From a virus (Duplodnaviria > Caudoviricetes), in the IMG/VR virus record IMGVR_UViG_3300030372_004605, positions 1 to 33,145 of that record: a DNA stretch of 33,145 bases, one strand, 5' to 3'. The position numbers and the translations under genes are program-made. Below, piece by piece: positions 9,118-16,264 of the stretch (position 1 is its first letter; each line of letters opens with the position of its first letter). The notes under the pieces were generated by a model. It made no database searches, had not been told where the DNA came from, and saw nothing but the letters and a program-made list of their open reading frames with translations.

Positions 9118-9184
9118 CTGTCAACAGAGGGATAAACCCCCTGCTGACAGACTGGGGCCCTCCTTTAGGGGGGAGGGCGTCCCC
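9118..9184 (-). terminator. Two stem-loops downstream of gene 9195..9776 (terminator or processing site) overlapping a TTGACA -35 box
   Basis: Minus-strand CTGTCAGCAGGGGG-TTTAT-CCCTCTGTTGACAG forms a 14-bp stem with two G-U pairs (9118-9150). A GC-rich hairpin lies at 9154-9184. TTGACA is on the minus strand at 9124-9119. Confidence 0.5.
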
Positions 9185-9194
9185 GTAAATAGCT

Positions 9195-9776
9195 TTAGCT
9201 GTTGATGAACTGCTTATATGCAGTCACTTTTGCCCTTTGCTCAGGAGACATCTTCCGGAAGCCTAAAGGCTTGAACGGAGGAACGAACCCCAAGATAGTA
9301 GGCGTAACAGGCTTAAAGCCGACGATTGGCCACACTTGACGTAGGGGCTGGTTAAGGAGAGAAGAGATAGGAGTCTCCCAAGTCTTCGTATCCATGACCG
9401 GGTGGAACAAAAGGAAGGAGCTACGATCCTGCTCTTTTGTACCCTTGATCAAGTCCAATGCGGTCTTGCGCATCTCATCCACTACAGGGCATGGACGTCT
9501 CCAACCATACTCGTCAACAAGGACACCTCTCCAGTGTATGGAGTTAGAGGTGTCTATCTTCTTGCCAGCAAGCTTACGGTCAAAGCTCTTGTTACCGGGG
9601 ATCCGGGGGGATCCGTCCCGTTGTCCGTGCTTGAACGAATTCTTGGGCTTGATTGAATCAGACCCATTCTCCTTGTTCTTACGCTTACGCGCTCTGTTGG
9701 AGAGTCCGTCTTCCCCGATCTTAGGGGCGTTAGTTCCTGTGTGGACAGGTGTCTTGGTATATTTACCTTTTTCCAT
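9195..9776 (-). CDS. Basic hypothetical protein
   Basis: Likely start MEKGK at 9776, because the upstream extension runs through a hairpin array. Lys/Arg-rich N-half (NRARKRKNK). Confidence 0.7.
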   Translation of the reverse strand: MEKGKYTKTPVHTGTNAPKIGEDGLSNRARKRKNKENGSDSIKPKNSFKHGQRDGSPRIPGNKSFDRKLAGKKIDTSNSIHWRGVLVDEYGWRRPCPVVDEMRKTALDLIKGTKEQDRSSFLLFHPVMDTKTWETPISSLLNQPLRQVWPIVGFKPVTPTILGFVPPFKPLGFRKMSPEQRAKVTAYKQFINS

Positions 9777-9787
9777 GGTGTTTAAAG

Positions 9788-9987
9788 GGCGGTGTACGAT
9801 CCGCCAACGTTGGTGCCGAGAACTACCCCTCGGCGGTGGGTTTGGAGTATAGGCTCCATTGAAGGCACCAAGAGTAGGTGCCCTCAAGGGAGCCCCTGCA
9901 CCCCGGTTAAAGGGTGCAGAGGTCTTATCTATGCGTAGTCAGGATTCATAGCGTTCCTTTCTGTTCGCTGAGTAAATGCCCCTCAGC
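9788..9987 (-). promoter_or_regulatory. Intergenic array of stem-loops (structured leader or ncRNA candidate)
   Basis: Hairpins at 9788-9805, 9815-9834, 9852-9894, 9896-9919 and 9967-9987. Confidence 0.5.
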
Positions 9988-10036
9988 AGTTGGGTTTTGG
10001 GGAGTGAGTGTTGGGTGTTGGGTGTTGGGTGTTGGG
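9988..10036. repeat. (TGTTGGG)4 heptamer array plus three degenerate in-phase units
   Basis: Perfect units at 10009-10036 abut the stop codon of 10037..10771. Confidence 0.9.
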
Positions 10037-10771
10037 TTAGGACACGATCAGTGAGTATGGGGTCTGGGGGTGGTGCTCGTACCGGGATACACGCTCAAAC
10101 CACTGCTGGTGATTCTCAGACCAGACTAAGGCAGGTGCGGGTATCTTGTCCTGCATATCTCCACTGTAAGGCTTGTCCATAAGGTAGATATCATCACCCA
10201 TGATGACCCTTCCATCGTGGAAGGTTATGTATATGCCAGACGCCATCCTTACAGTAGAATGGTTGTCCAGACATCCCATGGGGAGGTGTTCACGAATGCT
10301 GAACTTCATAATGTACTTGGAGATTACCTCGAAAGGATCGGCTTCCGCACCGGCGTTGGGGTCAACGTCGAGGGCGTTAGGATTACGGAAGGGCCAGTCT
10401 TCGACCTCCTGCCATTGCTCATCGGTTTCGTAGCTGAACACCTCGCGGTAACCCCAGTAAGCTACTGGGTAGTCGCCAACAATGCGGCGCTCATTTACAC
10501 GCTCAGCCTTCTTCAACTCGTGTTCAGCCAGCTTCATAGCCTTGTCAGAGTGATACAGTTCCTCCTCACAACGTCTAAGGGTGTGCCGGGTGGACTCAAG
10601 AGCCTCCGTAGTGCCATCGCAGTCTAGTTCTAAAGCATTGAACCGTGCTTTTAACTTAGCGAGGGACTTCCGCCTCACAATGAGGGGGAGGGTGTCCTGC
10701 ATGTAGTTAGCCCACACGACGTAGATGGAAAACGCGGCAAGCGCGATTAATAGTATAGTTTCTAGGTTCAT
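10037..10771 (-). CDS. Membrane-anchored coiled-coil hypothetical protein
   Basis: N-terminal hydrophobic helix (ILLIALAAFSIYVVW) followed by a heptad-like segment; 244 aa. Confidence 0.8.
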   Translation of the reverse strand: MNLETILLIALAAFSIYVVWANYMQDTLPLIVRRKSLAKLKARFNALELDCDGTTEALESTRHTLRRCEEELYHSDKAMKLAEHELKKAERVNERRIVGDYPVAYWGYREVFSYETDEQWQEVEDWPFRNPNALDVDPNAGAEADPFEVISKYIMKFSIREHLPMGCLDNHSTVRMASGIYITFHDGRVIMGDDIYLMDKPYSGDMQDKIPAPALVWSENHQQWFERVSRYEHHPQTPYSLIVS

Positions 10772-10850
10772 TTTTTTTGTATAGGTAGTCCCTGCTTAGA
10801 TTTGGGGGAGGGACAACACCCCGATTTTGATCAACAGTGATCAGTGATTC

Positions 10851-11060
10851 TTAGCTAAGCCCCCGATTTGGTGGGCCGAAAGGTATGTCAGGCGGACAAT
10901 GGAGGGCTCTATGCTCCCCACAATTAGGGCAGTAGTATGCCTTGGAAACAGGGGTTCCGTTAGGCAGGCAGAAATCCGATAGGGTAGCTTTCCGCCCACA
11001 ATAGAAGCAGTCAATCCGTCTATGCTCGTTCTTGTAGGTAACTATTTGGTGTCCGGTCAT
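10851..11060 (-). CDS. Small zinc-ribbon-like protein
   Basis: CFYC...CPNC Cys pairs. ATGA overlap with the upstream gene. Confidence 0.65.
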   Translation of the reverse strand: MTGHQIVTYKNEHRRIDCFYCGRKATLSDFCLPNGTPVSKAYYCPNCGEHRALHCPPDIPFGPPNRGLS

Positions 11061-11299
11061 TTCTCGCCGTGTACTGGGGTGTATTTGCTTTTAGTGATTG
11101 CGCGAATCCCAACAGTATTGGTCGTGTTACGGTTGGGCCAGTTGTTATTTCTCCGCACAGGAGAGGGCTTGCTGTCAATCTCGTTATTGATTGCGTCGCA
11201 TGCCCGTTGTCTAGGGAGGTCTACTAGAACACGTTTACGTGCTTTAGCTACGGCCTCCTCCTTTTTACGTGCCTCTTTGAGGCGCTTGTATTCGGTCAT
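11057..11299 (-). CDS. Small basic hypothetical protein
   Basis: 80-aa ORF, the first gene downstream of the non-coding region, coupled to the zinc-ribbon gene. Confidence 0.6.
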   Translation of the reverse strand: MTEYKRLKEARKKEEAVAKARKRVLVDLPRQRACDAINNEIDSKPSPVRRNNNWPNRNTTNTVGIRAITKSKYTPVHGEK

Positions 11300-11433
11300 A
11301 ATGGTTGTTGCTTAATAGGGTTTGCAACGGACTCCAGAATTGTTCCGTTGCGGATGGGATGAATCCTCGACTGCACCCAATACTTACAGAGCCAATACAC
11401 AACTCTACAGCACTTGATTTGGACTGTCTGAGG

Positions 11434-11468
11434 TGTTGGGTGTTGGGTGTTGGGTATTGAGTGCAGGG
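11434..11468. repeat. (TGTTGGG)3 heptamer array plus two degenerate units
   Basis: Perfect units at 11434-11454, then TATTGAG and TGCAGGG. Confidence 0.85.
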
Positions 11469-11495
11469 TGAGAATTCACATGCCGTGAACTATTT

Positions 11496-12290
11496 GTTAA
11501 TAACGGTATACCAATCCGGTCTAGCTAGAGGTCATCTAACGATTGCATTATAGCAAGGAGACATAGTAGATCTAGGTGAGTGTCTGACAATAAGGACTCT
11601 AGGGGCGCTACTGCCTAGAGGTTCTGTAGGGTATCTACCCCCTACGTCGCTCCATTTCTATACAGATGGCATCAGCTACGCCCGAATAGGGTGGGCGCAG
11701 GTGTCTGTATAGACTGGGTGCCTGTATTACTGCTCGCATGAAGGATAGGACTTTCTCTGCGCTACATTGGACTCCTCGGAGCCCGTGGACTAATACTGCC
11801 ACAGCCACGTGTATGGATGAGAACACACTCAATACGTCCCGATTAAGGGAGGTCCTCTACACGCCTTTCTGGTAGGCTACACCTTAGGGAATAGTCATCG
11901 TGCCTCTTTTATAAAAGACCCCGATTCTAAACAAACCTTGATATGATGGCAGTAAATTCTTACTGCACTGTAAGCGGTGGGTGTAAGCATGGCTCAGGCT
12001 CCAAATAGCCTAAGAGATACTAAGCACTTCTACCCGTGGTGGCATAACTATCCCATGAGAATAGCCCAGATGTAGGTTCCCTCTTACTCCGAAGGTTGCA
12101 GGATGCGTTAGTCACGACCTCTCCATTACTGAAGACAGTCAGACATATTCCCAGCATGACTCTAGCTACTTTTCGATTCACTAGGACATACTACTATATA
12201 AAGAACATACAGAGCGAGATTGTATACTGCTCCATAGAACACACCTGTAGTGATGCGCTCTATGGAGGAGTAGTGTGGCGCTTTATCAAC
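11496..12290. ncRNA. Candidate large structured non-coding RNA (~800 nt), family not recognised
   Basis: No credible ORF. At least 11 complementary segments pair in strictly nested order between the two halves, with local side hairpins (details in findings). Strand unresolved. Confidence 0.55.
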
Positions 12291-12325
12291 GCCAGACTCT
12301 CCTGCCTTAAATATGCAACGCTCCC

Positions 12326-12451
12326 CGTGGACGTGGCGCGGCTAGGGTAGACCTAGCTAGTCCGCACGAGACGTGGGCGTGGCGCGGCTAGGGTGAACCT
12401 AGCCTATGTCAAAACGCAAGAAGCCCCCGGCTAGGGTGAACCTAGCCGGGG
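12326..12451. repeat. Three copies of a GCTAGG-N5-CCTAGC hairpin; the third is terminator-like on the minus strand
   Basis: 32-bp near-identical copies at 12326-12357 and 12372-12403. The third, CCCCGGCTAGG-GTGAA-CCTAGCCGGGG (12425-12451), is followed on the minus strand by GCTTCTTGCGTTTT. Confidence 0.85.
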
Positions 12452-12468
12452 AGAATCTTGGCTGAGGA

Positions 12469-12777
12469 TTATCCCTCAGGCAGAAGCCCAGCGCGAGACT
12501 TGGTAGCTTCGAACTTTTTGGCGAGCTGATCGTAATTGCCGAGAGTGACCATTACAGACTCAACCACAGCCGAGGAATACTCAGTGCTATTGACGGTGAC
12601 TGCATGAAACCCATGCTCAACAGTCGACTTCTTACCGGAAGAAGCTGTGACAGTGGCAGACTCGGCAGAACGAAGTTCAAGAAGAGCTGAACGGATAGCT
12701 TGCATCAAGGCAAACTGTTTGAGATCGGCGATGCCAAGCAAAGCACGAAGGTTTTTAAGATAAGCAGATAATTTCAT
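12469..12777 (-). CDS. Solitary small hypothetical protein (102 aa)
   Basis: Likely start MKLSAY at 12777 after an A-rich leader. Followed by a terminator-like hairpin. Confidence 0.75.
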   Translation of the reverse strand: MKLSAYLKNLRALLGIADLKQFALMQAIRSALLELRSAESATVTASSGKKSTVEHGFHAVTVNSTEYSSAVVESVMVTLGNYDQLAKKFEATKSRAGLLPEG

Positions 12778-13065
12778 AGTATTATAGTTTTTAATGTTAA
12801 AATGAAGGAATTGCCCTTCATACACCTATCTAGCCAATACACCACCGGTATCCCCCCACGCCCCGCCCGCGCGCCCGGATAGGGTAGTGATTGTCTGTAA
12901 AATTTTCTTACTTTTTACACTATACGTACATAATAAGGTAATTACAGCTAAGTAAAAAGACCTCTTTGTTGGTGTAAGCGTTCAGAAACGCTATATAAGA
13001 ACTATCCCCCTGTAAGCGGGAAAATATATGTGCAGGGGGCCTAAAAAGGTTAAGTCGATACTTTA

Positions 13066-13370
13066 GGGTGGGAGATGGTGGAGATGGGTGGTAGATGTAT
13101 TAAATACATCCACACCACACTTAAATTTCTCGTGTTCAGGGGGTTAAGTAGGGGTGGTGGTGATGGTGGAGATGTTTTTCCCTAAAAGTATAGAGAGTAA
13201 AGGTTAGCCCCTGATAACCACCCCCGATCAACTTTCAACGCCGTTTCCGTCCCCAGAGGTTTTGACCCAAAACATCCCCACCATCTCCACCACTTAGGGT
13301 TAACTCCTTGTCTGTAAACTAGTTAAGGTGGTGGAGATGGTTATTTTGATCCCCACCCATCTCCCACCCC
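13066..13370. other. Putative replication origin (mirror-symmetric GGTGGAGATG repeats)
   Basis: 25-bp inverted repeat 13154-13178 / 13269-13293 (2 mismatches), each arm flanked at 6 nt by a TTAA-N19-TTAA box, with further GGAGATGG copies outside. Lies downstream of the primase-helicase operon. Confidence 0.55.
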
Positions 13371-13514
13371 GATTTGTCCGCCACGTAATTAGCCCTAATC
13401 AATATTGTCGCGGCCAGCACATAGACCCACATACTGGAGAAAACAAAGCTTATTGTCAGAACCCAGAGAGCTTGTCTCATAGGAGATGAAGACATCAGTA
13501 AAGGGTAGCTCACC

Positions 13515-13772
13515 TCAATCCACCCAAAATTCACCAGAATAAGGTCCCGTACACTCCGGACCCGCGAACTCGTTATAAGCGTAATTGACTGCGGCCTCTA
13601 AATTAGGGAATAAAGCTACGGGCTCATTTTCCCAAAACAGCAGTATGCCTTCATCAAAAGCAGAGAAAAACCTCGCTTTGCTGAAAGCATAAATAAGTTT
13701 AGGCATACCATGTCCCGGCATACCTAAACTTACACCCATTACGGGCCCGTTTACACTTGTTACTGAACTCAA
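13515..13772 (-). CDS. Hypothetical protein
   Basis: 85-aa ORF with a TTG start, tiled after 13779..14141. Confidence 0.55.
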   Translation of the reverse strand: MSSVTSVNGPVMGVSLGMPGHGMPKLIYAFSKARFFSAFDEGILLFWENEPVALFPNLEAAVNYAYNEFAGPECTGPYSGEFWVD

Positions 13773-13778
13773 CTGCCC

Positions 13779-14141
13779 TTAAACCGCAGGAGTTCCGTAT
13801 AATTCGTTGATAGTTTTAAGGTTTTGCTGGAAAAACTTAGAAGTTAAATATTTAGCAAGATCCTTGATGCACATCTCGCGGACATAGTCGCGTAGTCTTT
13901 CAGGAGAATCTACATCATCCATACTGACTCTTTTGTGCAGTTTTCGTTTTACCCCGTTAATGGATATGTGCAATTTTATTATGTACTCCCACTTATCCGG
14001 GTCAGAAAACAGTTGTGTTTCCAGCTTTACATCATTGTCTAGGTTGCTGGCCCCTAGATATATTTTGTTAGCGGCTTTTTCCAGTTTCTTGAAATCATCC
14101 ACTTTTTTCATTCTTATGTATTCTTGTTTCGCGTTTTTCAT
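13779..14141 (-). CDS. Hypothetical protein
   Basis: 120 aa, ATGA overlap with the primase stop. Confidence 0.75.
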   Translation of the reverse strand: MKNAKQEYIRMKKVDDFKKLEKAANKIYLGASNLDNDVKLETQLFSDPDKWEYIIKLHISINGVKRKLHKRVSMDDVDSPERLRDYVREMCIKDLAKYLTSKFFQQNLKTINELYGTPAV

Positions 14142-16264
14142 ATACTTATATTATACGTAACAGCTCCTCGCACAAGTTTTTTCTTCACCTGTGACGAAAA
14201 TTGTGACGCCATTTTAGACATCGTCCTACCAAAGACGATTTTGTTTAGGTTCCGGGTAAAGACTCTCAATTCATCAAAAGTCTCCATGGTGCCCATCAAC
14301 TCACTTACATTCCCCTCCCAAGGCTCCTCACTAGACCTTAACTTCCACCAAAACTGAAGCATCTCCCAATCCCGTTGTTCTGCAGACAAATCTTTTGCCA
14401 TAGATATAATGTCGGGGTGGTGATACGTATTTAAACCAAATCGGCTAGATGAGCCCTCAACTACATACTTAGGTGGCTCATAAACATCTTTTAACCACGC
14501 CATAGCATGTGGAAGCTGTGATTCCACAATATCTTCTATCTGTTTATGCGTCCGCCCCCTAAACCAAGGCTTGTAGTTGCTGGACATCTTCAAAATCATC
14601 AATTTATCCAATATTGTCCCGTCTAAGTTTGGTAAAACCGCTAAAGAGTCGGCATCCGTGTTTGTCGTAATTATTACACGACCTCTACGCTCAATATCTA
14701 CCGGTTCCCGGTACATTGCCCGGACAGTCATCTTAGGTGACGCCGTAAGTTTCTTAATCATCTCACTAAATCGACGATGTTCCGATACAGACGCCGCTGA
14801 AGTGTTATCATCGACATACCAAACCGATGATTCAGCCAGTTCCTTGTTAAAATTCTCTTTCCCCATCAAAAACGGACCTGCATCAGACCCACCATTGAAT
14901 ATTTTAGGTAAAATGTATGTTGAAAATAAAGATTTACCGAAATCAGCGTCCCCAGCCACTATTAAAGAGTGACCAGCACTAACTTCTCCGGCTAAAGCCG
15001 ATACATACCACCTTTTTAGCCAAGAAAGCACGTAGTGAACTGATTTTGGGTCATCCATCCACTCGTTCCACCAATCATACAGAGTTTCCCACTTGTCAGG
15101 GTTAGGATCATCCGCAGGTTGCATGACCCGGACATGTGCGTGGGTATTTATATATCTTTTTGACCCCACATGAACAGTTTCATTGAAATTAAACAAGAAG
15201 GGGGCCGCGCCGTGGATTCTGCGCTCATCCTGCACGTATATAAGCACTTCATCTATTTCCGACGCGGGATCCCCCTTCTTTCGAGGTTTGTTAGAGAAAC
15301 CTGCTAAACGAAGCCTCGTAATGAAATCCTCTTTCATAACAGGACTCCAAACTTTTCTCCCATCCTTCACCCAATACTTCTGACCATCGAACCATGTATC
15401 CTCCACCGCATCAGCCAATTTCTTCTCACGATAGCTATCAACGAACTCTTCACCCAATATTTGGCTCCACGGAGTAAAACTTTTACCTGCTCTGGTAGAA
15501 TAACTCCACACACCACCCTGTTGAACAACACAACCATCTCTATCTACCCCATCTTCTATCCAAAACAAAGGACCCCTGCACCCGATATCAAAATCACCCT
15601 TCCATCTACCCGGATACATTTCTGTCACCTTGTCAAATATGACATCCATGGGTATAGTAACTTTACCACGCGGACCAGATGTCTTTTTGGCACAATCAAA
15701 AAATAAGGACTCGATTTTCTGAGAAGACAAAGGATCAGAAACCTTTGTCCAAGATGAACCTATCTCCCAGTACATGGTGGGGTTCATGGAAGCGTTGTCA
15801 AAACCGAGTACCAAAGTCTTGGCTTTCGTCTGAGCCATTAAAGCGTCGTAAATTTTTTCCAAAATCACTTCGTTATCTACGAGACAAGATTTCTCAAACT
15901 CCCAAATGGCGCGTATTTTCCCGGAATAAGTCCGAGTAACCCAAGTTGGAACCCATCCTCCCGGAGACTTCTTATTAATACGCTTGATAATGTCATCAAG
16001 CTTCATTCCCGACAGTTTTTCGTCATCGTAGTCTGCAACCAAACCGTGCATTCTGTATGCAGGATTAGTCCCACTAACTCTGTCGTGAGGGTTCACTCCC
16101 TCCACAGTCGAGAAGAAAATGTGTTTTGTTGTAGGATCTTTACACCATTCCCTAAAACCTTCTTTAGCAGAGAATGTGGGGACCTTAGATGTTAATTTTG
16201 AGGGGTGTTTTAGTGTTAGTTTAACGGAACCAGCCGTATGGTTTTCCAGTATATAATATTTCAT
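14138..16264 (-). CDS. Primase-helicase (N-terminal prim-pol-like domain plus C-terminal SF3/D5-like helicase)
   Basis: N-terminal GLVADYD and TYSG..R..W motifs. C-terminal Walker A GDADFGKS, Walker B VWYVDD and motif C IITTN. Confidence 0.85.
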   Translation of the reverse strand: MKYYILENHTAGSVKLTLKHPSKLTSKVPTFSAKEGFREWCKDPTTKHIFFSTVEGVNPHDRVSGTNPAYRMHGLVADYDDEKLSGMKLDDIIKRINKKSPGGWVPTWVTRTYSGKIRAIWEFEKSCLVDNEVILEKIYDALMAQTKAKTLVLGFDNASMNPTMYWEIGSSWTKVSDPLSSQKIESLFFDCAKKTSGPRGKVTIPMDVIFDKVTEMYPGRWKGDFDIGCRGPLFWIEDGVDRDGCVVQQGGVWSYSTRAGKSFTPWSQILGEEFVDSYREKKLADAVEDTWFDGQKYWVKDGRKVWSPVMKEDFITRLRLAGFSNKPRKKGDPASEIDEVLIYVQDERRIHGAAPFLFNFNETVHVGSKRYINTHAHVRVMQPADDPNPDKWETLYDWWNEWMDDPKSVHYVLSWLKRWYVSALAGEVSAGHSLIVAGDADFGKSLFSTYILPKIFNGGSDAGPFLMGKENFNKELAESSVWYVDDNTSAASVSEHRRFSEMIKKLTASPKMTVRAMYREPVDIERRGRVIITTNTDADSLAVLPNLDGTILDKLMILKMSSNYKPWFRGRTHKQIEDIVESQLPHAMAWLKDVYEPPKYVVEGSSSRFGLNTYHHPDIISMAKDLSAEQRDWEMLQFWWKLRSSEEPWEGNVSELMGTMETFDELRVFTRNLNKIVFGRTMSKMASQFSSQVKKKLVRGAVTYNISI

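Noticed and set aside
11780-11900. Group I intron R/S-like words (GACTA ... TAGTCC on the minus strand)
   Set aside because: Poor match to the P7 consensus context, no interrupted gene, and no identifiable P1 or P3. Needs cmscan to exclude formally.
11635-12350. ORFs 11635..11832 (-) and 12096..12350 (+)
   Set aside because: Both are short with TTG starts, have no operon coupling or recognisable features, and lie within the extensively base-paired region.
12326-12451. Mini-CRISPR array interpretation of the three palindromic repeats
   Set aside because: Only three short (~19-20 bp) cores. The intervening sequences are short, unequal and partly duplicated rather than unique spacers. No cas operon is present; the Cas4-like domain belongs to the replication module.
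13319-13534. 71-aa minus-strand ORF with a hydrophobic stretch
   Set aside because: Its 3' end runs into the origin-like repeats and its start is uncertain. It could be a small membrane peptide but is not supported well enough to list.
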